A stretch of DNA of 37,995 nt, from positions 1 through 37,995 of IMG/VR virus record IMGVR_UViG_3300048080_000252; one strand, given 5' to 3'. This document shows positions 22,506 through 28,526 of this stretch, in pieces (position 1 is the stretch's first letter; each line of letters starts with the position of its first letter). Under the pieces are notes generated by a model. The model saw only the letters and a program-made list of their open reading frames with translations, searched no databases and was not told the DNA's origin. The position numbers and the translations under genes were made by a program. Source of the DNA: a virus.

Positions 22506-22675
22506 GAACAACCCCTCTGCCCGCCGCCGGCTGTACCGCGCCAACGAAACGAACCGGCGGCGGGCTCACGAAGGAGGAGAGAACCACTCGGGGCTACGTT
22601 CAACCCCGAGGGGGACCACCCACGCGAGCGCCAGGGGTATCGCGCCCCGTGAATGGACCCCGTCGGGGCCCGAGC

Positions 22676-22882
22676 TCATGTTTCTCGTTCCGCCTCTTCC
22701 GATCGCTCGTTTCGCACCACTTCAACGCCCACGGCCGCCAGCAGCGCCAGTGCCATGCCCTCCGTCCGTACACCACGCTCCACGAGCCGTTCGACCTGCA
22801 CCAGGACGCGCTCCTGATCAACCAAGTCCAGCCTCTGAAACGCTCGCGCGGCGATGGCTTCGGTGATGCCCATGTTGCTCAC
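22676..22882 (-). CDS. Hypothetical small early protein
   Basis: 68 aa. The GTG at 22882 overlaps the upstream stop (GTGA); an alternative ATG is at 22873. Confidence 0.5.
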   Translation of the reverse strand: MSNMGITEAIAARAFQRLDLVDQERVLVQVERLVERGVRTEGMALALLAAVGVEVVRNERSEEAERET

Positions 22883-23127
22883 AGTTCATCCCCCGTGATA
22901 CCCATGCTGTCGCTGGAAGGCTCTCCATTCGCCTCCGATGTAGGCCTGGGCGCGAAGGACGGCCTGGTGCGCTTCATCGATCTCGTCAAGGATTTCTGGT
23001 AGTGATGAACTAAGCATGCCGTCTCCTGCTCGATGCAGGCGATGGCCAGCGAGCTCAAGACAGCGGCGAGCACGAGCCAGGGCTGCCAGAGCATTCTCGA
23101 TCCGCTCGCGTTCGCTTTCTTCTTCAT
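22879..23127 (-). CDS. Small protein with N-terminal signal/lipobox-like segment (..VLSSLAIAC..)
   Basis: 82-aa frame with by-eye third-position GC about 78%, versus about 55% for the overlapping 85-aa frame (22886..23143). Its stop is coupled to the next gene (GTGA). Confidence 0.45.
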   Translation of the reverse strand: MKKKANASGSRMLWQPWLVLAAVLSSLAIACIEQETACLVHHYQKSLTRSMKRTRPSFAPRPTSEANGEPSSDSMGITGDEL

Positions 23128-23136
23128 CCGTCCGTC

Positions 23137-23361
23137 TCACCATCCCCTTCGCTTTTTACCCACGACCTCAAAGGATTCGCCCGAAGTGTCTTGATCTGCC
23201 CATTGCTCCACGCGCATGGCGAAACGCTGGAGCCTTACCGCCCGAGCCGCTTCCTCGGCTTCAACCGGGGGCATCCGCAGCACGGCCGCGCTGAGACGAT
23301 CGATCTCCGTCTGGTCAGGAGCCGGCCGGCGCAGTTCTTCGATCGGGCTGGGCATGCTCAC
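23137..23361 (-). CDS. Hypothetical small early protein
   Basis: Start trimmed to the GTG at 23361, which overlaps the Cro-like stop (GTGA), or the ATG at 23355. ..MPSPIEELRRPAPDQTEIDRLSAAVLRMPP... Confidence 0.5.
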   Translation of the reverse strand: MSMPSPIEELRRPAPDQTEIDRLSAAVLRMPPVEAEEAARAVRLQRFAMRVEQWADQDTSGESFEVVGKKRRGW

Positions 23362-23624
23362 CGCGCCTTCTCCCGGAGAATGGCCACGGTGTGGGCTGTC
23401 GTCGGCCGCTTGACCTTCCGATGGATCTCGAGGTAGTTGCACCAGTTATTCAGCTGCGCTGGCGCCAGCCCCAACTCCTTCGACGCCAGATACATGCTGC
23501 CGTGCTTGTTGATCGTCTCCGCCAGCAGCCGACGAAACGCCTGTACAGCTGCCTGCGGCGGCTGGGAGACCAAGCCGTGGGCCTTGGCGATCTCTTTCAT
23601 GCGAGGAGTGAGCGAACGAAGCAC
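23358..23624 (-). CDS. Cro-like HTH regulator (first gene of the leftward operon)
   Basis: Divergent from the XRE repressor gene. HTH-like GSMYLASKELGLAPAQLNNWCNY. The start is either the GTG at 23624 or the ATG at 23600. Confidence 0.6.
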   Translation of the reverse strand: MLRSLTPRMKEIAKAHGLVSQPPQAAVQAFRRLLAETINKHGSMYLASKELGLAPAQLNNWCNYLEIHRKVKRPTTAHTVAILREKAR

Positions 23625-23640
23625 AGAAGCTGTCCCTATA

Positions 23641-23707
23641 CCGTACGGATCGAGGCAAGAGAAGAGCCGTCCGTGCGGCTACCCGATATTGTACGGAATG
23701 TGTACGC
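23641..23707. promoter_or_regulatory. Four operator-like 8-mers in the switch region
   Basis: CCGTACGG (23641-48, perfect palindrome), CCGTGCGG (23671-78), TTGTACGG (23689-96) and GTGTACGC (23700-07). The last two lie within or next to the leftward promoter. Confidence 0.4.
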
Positions 23708-23715
23708 CTTGTCAA
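23688..23715 (-). promoter_or_regulatory. Candidate sigma70-type leftward early promoter (PR-like)
   Basis: Minus strand: TTGACA (23715-23710), a 16-nt spacer, then TACAAT (23693-23688), about 60 nt upstream of the Cro-like start. Confidence 0.5.
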
Positions 23716-23763
23716 GTACTAAAATGGCTCATCCGGCGCAAAGCCTCCTAGAATAGGCCCAAG

Positions 23764-24123
23764 ATGCAGACCAAGAAGTACATCGGCCGGCAGATCCGGG
23801 CGGCCCGGGAAGGCCAGGGATGGTCCATCAGCGAGACGGCCCGTCGGTTCGGCGTCTCTCACGCCACCATGTCGCGCTGGGAGAGCGGGGACCAAGCAAT
23901 CGAATTCGCCGACCTCGAGCGATTGGCCAAGCTCCTCGAGAAGCCGGTCCAGTTCTTCCTCCCGGGCTTGTACTTCGATCCGGCGGGACTCTCTCCCGAG
24001 TTTGCCCAGCTGGTTAATCGCCTCAACAACTTGCCGGACGGACCGGTGAGGGATAGAGTGATCCGAGGATTTATGGACCAGATCGGAACGGTCGAGGATG
24101 CACTTGGGGGTAACCAACTATGA
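23764..24123 (+). CDS. XRE-family HTH repressor (CI-like)
   Basis: IGRQIRAAREGQGWSISETARRFGVSHATMSRWESGDQAIEFADLERLAKLL is a canonical HTH_3/XRE motif. The gene is divergent from the lytic operon. Confidence 0.85.
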   Translation: MQTKKYIGRQIRAAREGQGWSISETARRFGVSHATMSRWESGDQAIEFADLERLAKLLEKPVQFFLPGLYFDPAGLSPEFAQLVNRLNNLPDGPVRDRVIRGFMDQIGTVEDALGGNQL

Positions 24124-24593
24124 GAAGAAGGCTCCTCATCCTTCCCATCCTCATCAGCCTGGCATGCGAATCCTCCAGCGATCTGACGTCGATACCGACC
24201 GCGACCATGACGCCAGCACCCACACCGACGCCGTCCCGCTGTGAACCAGCGGGGTCGGCACAGTCGGAAGCCATCCGGATTGGCGTCAAGGGCGTCGCCG
24301 ACTACAACGACGTAGCCTCTCAGGCTTGGGCCGTCAGATCGAACGACTTCGTCGGAGTTTGGTTCGTCGCAACTGAGATCACCGGCCCGGGCATCGACCC
24401 AGGCGAGGTAATCGGCGTCTGGGCAATGGGAGGGGAGAAAGAATCCCCTGCCGGTATCTTTTCGGTGAATGCTTATGCCCTCGAGTTCTCCGACTGGGGC
24501 GATGGCCCGAGAAGCGATGCCGGCTTTAGCATGGAGGACGACGGGGCCAGGGAAGTCGAGGCATGTGCTCTGGCCAGCGCGCCCTCGCCCTGA
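24120..24593 (+). CDS. Putative lipoprotein co-transcribed with the repressor
   Basis: MRRRLLILPILISLAC|ESSSD has a signal peptide and lipobox-like ISLAC, followed by a Pro/Thr linker. The ATG overlaps the repressor stop (ATGA). Confidence 0.7.
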   Translation: MRRRLLILPILISLACESSSDLTSIPTATMTPAPTPTPSRCEPAGSAQSEAIRIGVKGVADYNDVASQAWAVRSNDFVGVWFVATEITGPGIDPGEVIGVWAMGGEKESPAGIFSVNAYALEFSDWGDGPRSDAGFSMEDDGAREVEACALASAPSP

Positions 24594-24747
24594 ACACCTG
24601 CGCCACCGCGCGATGGGTTAAGCACGACTTGGGGCGGTTTGGGTTTGCTTGGCGGGGACAAATCGAGGATGGCTGACTGGTGGGGGATTGCGATTCTGGC
24701 GTGGTCATACGAACATCCCATAGGCCGAGCTTTGTCGGGGGGATCCT

Positions 24748-24951
24748 GTGGCCTTGCCGGAAAAGTACCGCGCCTTCGATGCCTTGCTGCATCGCGTCGA
24801 TCGCTTCCCGATCATCCCTCGCCTCAAGGCTCTCGTCGCCCTGACCTGGTGGCTCGCTTGGGCTGAGACCACGATCGCCCAAGAGACTCAGATCGAGACC
24901 GACCTCCGGATGCTGGTAGGAATCCCCGACGAACTGACCACCGACCACTGA
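24748..24951 (+). CDS. Small hypothetical ORF just upstream of the integrase gene
   Basis: 67 aa with a GTG start. By-eye third-position GC is about 80%. It ends 22 nt before the integrase ATG, which has GGAGG upstream. Confidence 0.5.
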   Translation: MALPEKYRAFDALLHRVDRFPIIPRLKALVALTWWLAWAETTIAQETQIETDLRMLVGIPDELTTDH

Positions 24952-24973
24952 CCGCTGCTCCCGGAGGCTCACC

Positions 24974-26488
24974 ATGCCCTTCCGTGCCGCCATCTGGGCG
25001 GCCGTTTCCACGGAAACGCAGGCCGCCAGCGATAAGGTCAGCCTGGGCGCCCAGGAAGAGCTCTGCCGATCGCTCCTGACGTCCCGGGGCTGGCATGAGG
25101 TTTCCGGGCCCTACGTCGTCCCCGGGGCCTCCCGCACCCGCTGGGTGAACCTACGCGACGCCGAACGGGAGATCCCCCAGCTCGGGCTCATGCTGGACGA
25201 TGCCCAGGCCGCCCGCTTCAACCTCCTGGTCCTGTACGACTTCAACCGTCTGCGAGATCTGCTGGATCCTGTCTCGCGGACCCTGGCAGCCTATGGCACC
25301 CAGGTCTTCTCCGTCTCCCAACCCGTGGATCCGCTGCCTCCGGAGGAGTTCGACGGGTACACCGCCGATACCTCGAGCATGGTGCAGGGCCTGAGTCAGA
25401 TCATCTCTCGGGCCCAGATCGCCGATCTCCGACGGAAGTATCGCGTCGCCATGCCCCGACGGGTGAAAGAGTTCGGGCTGCCGGCGAACGGGATCCCTTA
25501 CGGCTATGCCAAGCCACAGGGGAGAGAGACAGATCGCAAGGCCGTGCCGGTGCAGATCTCTCAAGAAATCGAGACGCTGCAGTTGATCAGGAATCTCTTC
25601 CTCTCCGGCCACAGCCGGGCAGATATCGCCCTGGCCCTGACGTCGATGGGAATTCCTCCTCCGCGAAGCCACTGGAACCCAGCCACGATCGGGATGCTCC
25701 TCACCAATCCCTTCTACTGTGGCCTAGTCGTCTTCGGCCGCAGCCGGGTGAAGGCGGATCCCCGATCGGGCCAGCGGAAACGGCTCCAGGGTCTCCCGCG
25801 CTCGATGTGGGCGATCGGCCAGGGGAAGCACGAGCCCCTCTGGACACAGGACGAGTTCGAAGAGGTGCAAGAGGAGATCCGGCGCCGGCGAGGGCGCAAC
25901 ATCGGGATCCGGCGCCCCGTTTACCAGCTGAGCAGTATCCTCCGATGCGCCGAATGCGGCTCTACCCTTGGCCGCTTTCGGAACGGCCCACGAGGCGAGT
26001 CGGATGGAGCCATCTGGCGCTGCTACCTCGGCTCCTCACACCCGCGGGCCTCAATAAGCGAGGCCAGGGCTCTAAGCCAGCTGGCCGGACATTTGCACGC
26101 GCTGCTGGACGGAGTATCCCTTCCCGCTTTACCAGTAAGTGTAAAGACGGGAAGCCCAGCTCCGAGCCCGGAGCAGCTCAGCGCCAAGAGGCTGCGCTAT
26201 CAGCGCGCGTATGGCGACGGCCTGATGTCCTACGAGGACTTCGCCGGCAGGATCCGAGAGCTCGATGAACAGGCCGAATTGATCGCGCGTCGGGCCAACC
26301 AGCAGACGTCGCACCGAAGGCATCGGAAGACCGTCGACCGCCTGGCCGGGATCCTCGGGGCGCTACCTGCCTTCCTGAGCGACGCGCCGCCGCTCGAGGT
26401 CAACCAGGCGCTGCGCGATCTCCTCGAGGGAATCGTTGTCGGCCGAGGGATGATCGTGGAAGTGCAACTGCGGGCTGAGCCGCGTTGA
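24974..26488 (+). CDS. int: Large serine recombinase (phage integrase)
   Basis: N-terminal resolvase-type catalytic motif AAIWAAVSTETQA (Ser12), a recombinase domain (..GIPYGYAKPQG..) and a zinc-ribbon LRCAECGSTL...WRCY. 504 aa. Confidence 0.85.
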   Translation: MPFRAAIWAAVSTETQAASDKVSLGAQEELCRSLLTSRGWHEVSGPYVVPGASRTRWVNLRDAEREIPQLGLMLDDAQAARFNLLVLYDFNRLRDLLDPVSRTLAAYGTQVFSVSQPVDPLPPEEFDGYTADTSSMVQGLSQIISRAQIADLRRKYRVAMPRRVKEFGLPANGIPYGYAKPQGRETDRKAVPVQISQEIETLQLIRNLFLSGHSRADIALALTSMGIPPPRSHWNPATIGMLLTNPFYCGLVVFGRSRVKADPRSGQRKRLQGLPRSMWAIGQGKHEPLWTQDEFEEVQEEIRRRRGRNIGIRRPVYQLSSILRCAECGSTLGRFRNGPRGESDGAIWRCYLGSSHPRASISEARALSQLAGHLHALLDGVSLPALPVSVKTGSPAPSPEQLSAKRLRYQRAYGDGLMSYEDFAGRIRELDEQAELIARRANQQTSHRRHRKTVDRLAGILGALPAFLSDAPPLEVNQALRDLLEGIVVGRGMIVEVQLRAEPR

Positions 26489-26592
26489 GGCCAGACATAC
26501 GTTGTTCAACGACTAGCGAGTGGCAACGCGGCTGGGAAGTGGGGCGAGCGAGAGTCACTCGACGATGGGGGCTCTGAATGCGGCTTCTAAGA

Positions 26593-26895
26593 CTAGAGAA
26601 TTATGTAGTGAATATCCACATGGAGGAGAGTCACTTCCCCACTGTCGGCAATCGAGAACATCACATGCAGTGCGGGGACAAACCCATCGGCGGTAGTCAC
26701 TCTCCGAGTTATCGCCATGTACAGGCGCTTCGTGTTGGGCACCTTCCGCCACTCATAGGGGCTCTTCTCGAGCGTCAATTGGAGGACGGCAAGGACCCTC
26801 GCCGCCGCGGCGTGGTCGACTCCCTCCTCGGACAGGGCCTTCTGCAGACTCGGGCCGTACTCGTTCCCCTCTGAGATGGGGTGGGCGTCAGACAT
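26593..26895 (-). CDS. Candidate toxin partner of the Panacea-domain protein (possibly RelE/ParE-like fold)
   Basis: 100 aa. Its ATG overlaps the upstream gene by 8 nt (ATGTCTGA). ..KRLYMAITRRV...ALHVMFSIADSGEVTLLHVDI.. is reminiscent of RelE/ParE C-terminal strands. The codons at the 3' end are AT-rich. Confidence 0.55.
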   Translation of the reverse strand: MSDAHPISEGNEYGPSLQKALSEEGVDHAAAARVLAVLQLTLEKSPYEWRKVPNTKRLYMAITRRVTTADGFVPALHVMFSIADSGEVTLLHVDIHYIIL

Positions 26896-27463
26896 CCCAG
26901 GCGTAAGTTCGCGCGAGTTCCTGCGCCCTTGCGATCTCCGCCTGGCTCAAAGGCTCGTCAGACAGATAGGCTGCTTCATAGGGGACGCTCTCGCCCTCGT
27001 CCGTTGCCACCCATGCTATTCCGTGGGATCCGTCGCTCACTTCTGCGGCAGTTTTCCCCCAGAGCTCCTGGATCACCTCGTCGACAATGGAGATGTCCCT
27101 GGCACTGAAAAGGTCGAGGCGAGGTGGGCGCAGCGCGATCGGGCGGTGCTGCACCTTGTCAAGGATCGGGTGGAGCTTGATCACGAGGTTGCCTTCCGCT
27201 ATCAAGCTGTCCCTTACTGGGACTAGCCGCCGCGGCGCCGGCCCGTGCTCTAGGGCCGAGTACTCGGCACCCGTCACGGGTCGGCCGTCCCGAAGGAACG
27301 CAATGAAGTCGGAGTGGTAGAGGATCTTGTTGAGCTTGGTCGCACCATACCCGGGGTCGTCGCTGCATTTGTCGGATATGTAAAGGATCAACTCCCGGAT
27401 GCGGGTATCGGGGTCCATATCATCGAACCTGAACGTCAGCTCCGGAGCCGCCTCCTGTAGCAT
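26888..27463 (-). CDS. Panacea/DUF4065 (SocA/GepA-like) domain protein, putative antitoxin
   Basis: GATKLNKILYHSDFIAFLRDGRPVTGAEYSALEHGPAPRRL matches the KL.K.LY...G.P.TG..Y.A...GP signature of DUF4065. A strong GGGAGG RBS lies upstream. Confidence 0.8.
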   Translation of the reverse strand: MLQEAAPELTFRFDDMDPDTRIRELILYISDKCSDDPGYGATKLNKILYHSDFIAFLRDGRPVTGAEYSALEHGPAPRRLVPVRDSLIAEGNLVIKLHPILDKVQHRPIALRPPRLDLFSARDISIVDEVIQELWGKTAAEVSDGSHGIAWVATDEGESVPYEAAYLSDEPLSQAEIARAQELARTYAWDV

Positions 27464-27488
27464 GGGAACCTCCCTCTCTCAACCCTGT

Positions 27489-27497
27489 ATTATGGCA
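27489..27497 (-). promoter_or_regulatory. Possible extended -10 element (TGcCATAAT) upstream of the Panacea-type operon
   Basis: Minus strand TGCCATAAT, about 26 nt upstream of the ATG at 27463. No convincing -35. Confidence 0.3.
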
Positions 27498-27569
27498 GAT
27501 TTGTGCCACTCCGGCGGGAGTAGTTGCGTCCTACCAGGGGGTGACATTGAGCCGGGCGGCGAAGGCGGA

Positions 27570-27621
27570 CCCAGCCCAAACAGCCCCGCCCCCGAGCTGA
27601 GGGGGTCAGCCCAGGGGCGGG
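27570..27621 (-). terminator. Candidate intrinsic terminator after the lysis cassette
   Basis: Minus strand CCCGCCCCTGGGCTGA-CCCCC-TCAGCTCGGGGGCGGGG pairs at 14 of 16 positions and is followed by CTGTTTGGG, a short U-tract. Confidence 0.45.
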
Positions 27622-27661
27622 AGCCGTTAGGTTCTTCCATTATACGTCACGCGGAGCTGGA

Positions 27662-28081
27662 CTACCCAGGAGCCGCCCGCGGCCTGGCGGCGAGGAGCTT
27701 ACGATCGACCTGGAAGGCGAAGGCCTTCTGGGTGCCGAGGTAAGCCAGGATCATCTGGACGATCAGGGTGAAGACGGGGCCCAGCAGGACGATCACATGT
27801 GTCTGCGTCAGCAGGTATTGAGCCCCGAGTGCCACGCCGATCGAAAAGACGATGATGATCGCTCCCTTAGCCCAGCCGGGAACCTTCATGCCCCAGCCGG
27901 GCACCTTCTCCAGAAGGAAGGACAGGCCGTAGCCCACGACATAGACCGCGCCAATGCCAGCGAGCCAGGTCAGGACGGCCACCAGGTCGGTGGGATCCGT
28001 CGGCTGCAGTGACCGGGCGGCGATCAGGAAGAGCGACAGGAACACGAGGACAATCAGCGGAAACAGGCGAATGGTCTTCAC
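27662..28081 (-). CDS. Holin-like membrane protein (about 4 TM)
   Basis: 139 aa with four hydrophobic segments. The GTG start is preceded by AGGAGG. It is the last gene of the lysis cassette. Confidence 0.65.
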   Translation of the reverse strand: MKTIRLFPLIVLVFLSLFLIAARSLQPTDPTDLVAVLTWLAGIGAVYVVGYGLSFLLEKVPGWGMKVPGWAKGAIIIVFSIGVALGAQYLLTQTHVIVLLGPVFTLIVQMILAYLGTQKAFAFQVDRKLLAARPRAAPG

Positions 28082-28091
28082 GTAAAGCCTC

Positions 28092-28526
28092 CTACTTCAG
28101 ATTGGTGGCCGCCAGGATGATGACGACCAGGGCGTTCACAGCAAGAATCGCCAGGAACTTCCAGTCGATAGATCCCTCCTTGACATGCTCGACCTTGAGC
28201 TCGGATACCTCGGAGACGTTGGCCAGGCGCGTTTCCATCAGCTCCGCCTCCGGGACCTTCACCTTCTCCAAGACGGTGATCCGCGTTTCGTGCTCGGCCG
28301 CTGTATTGCGCAGGCCTGGACTGTGGTTGCCCACGATCTCCTTGTGGATCTCGTCCACCTTGCGGTAGTAGTGAGCCTGGTCTGACTCCATCCGGTCGAC
28401 CTTCTGCGAAAGGGAGTCGAGCTCCTGGCCATTGGCCTCGGAGAGCTGTTTGAGATCTGCCATCGCCCCCCGGATGAATGCCAGCTGCACGGGGACCACG
28501 TCGGACGGATTGGTATCGGGCATCAC
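28092..28526 (-). CDS. XhlA-like coiled-coil protein with C-terminal TM anchor (lysis accessory)
   Basis: 144 aa: a long coiled-coil followed by WKFLAILAVNALVVIILAA. The ATG overlaps the upstream stop (ATGA). Confidence 0.55.
   Translation of the reverse strand: MMPDTNPSDVVPVQLAFIRGAMADLKQLSEANGQELDSLSQKVDRMESDQAHYYRKVDEIHKEIVGNHSPGLRNTAAEHETRITVLEKVKVPEAELMETRLANVSEVSELKVEHVKEGSIDWKFLAILAVNALVVIILAATNLK

Noticed and set aside
22886-23143. 85-aa minus-strand ORF (MVRRTDEEESERERIENALAAL...)
   Set aside because: By hand count its third-position GC is about 55%, versus about 78% for the overlapping 82-aa frame, which is also stop/start-coupled to the next gene. It is kept only as an alternative.
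24526-25011. 161-aa minus-strand ORF spanning the region upstream of the integrase gene
   Set aside because: It runs opposite to the rightward lysogeny operon and overlaps the lipoprotein 3' end, the GC3-supported 67-aa ORF and the integrase start. It has no RBS.
26500-26511. 12-nt palindrome cgttgttcaacg as the attP core
   Set aside because: The arms do not extend to the ~20-25 bp imperfect symmetry expected for serine-integrase attP. Without attB/attL/attR sequences this is not assignable. It is mentioned only as a place to look.
27494-27508. Sigma-54-like element TGGCAC-N5-TGC upstream of the Panacea-type operon
   Set aside because: The GG/GC spacing is off by one relative to the TGGCACG-N4-TTGC consensus, and no enhancer-binding protein context exists. 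It overlaps the more plausible extended -10.
27639-27644. Perfect TATAAT (minus strand) just after the holin stop
   Set aside because: It lies upstream of the terminator hairpin with no -35 and no gene to serve. It is likely a chance occurrence.
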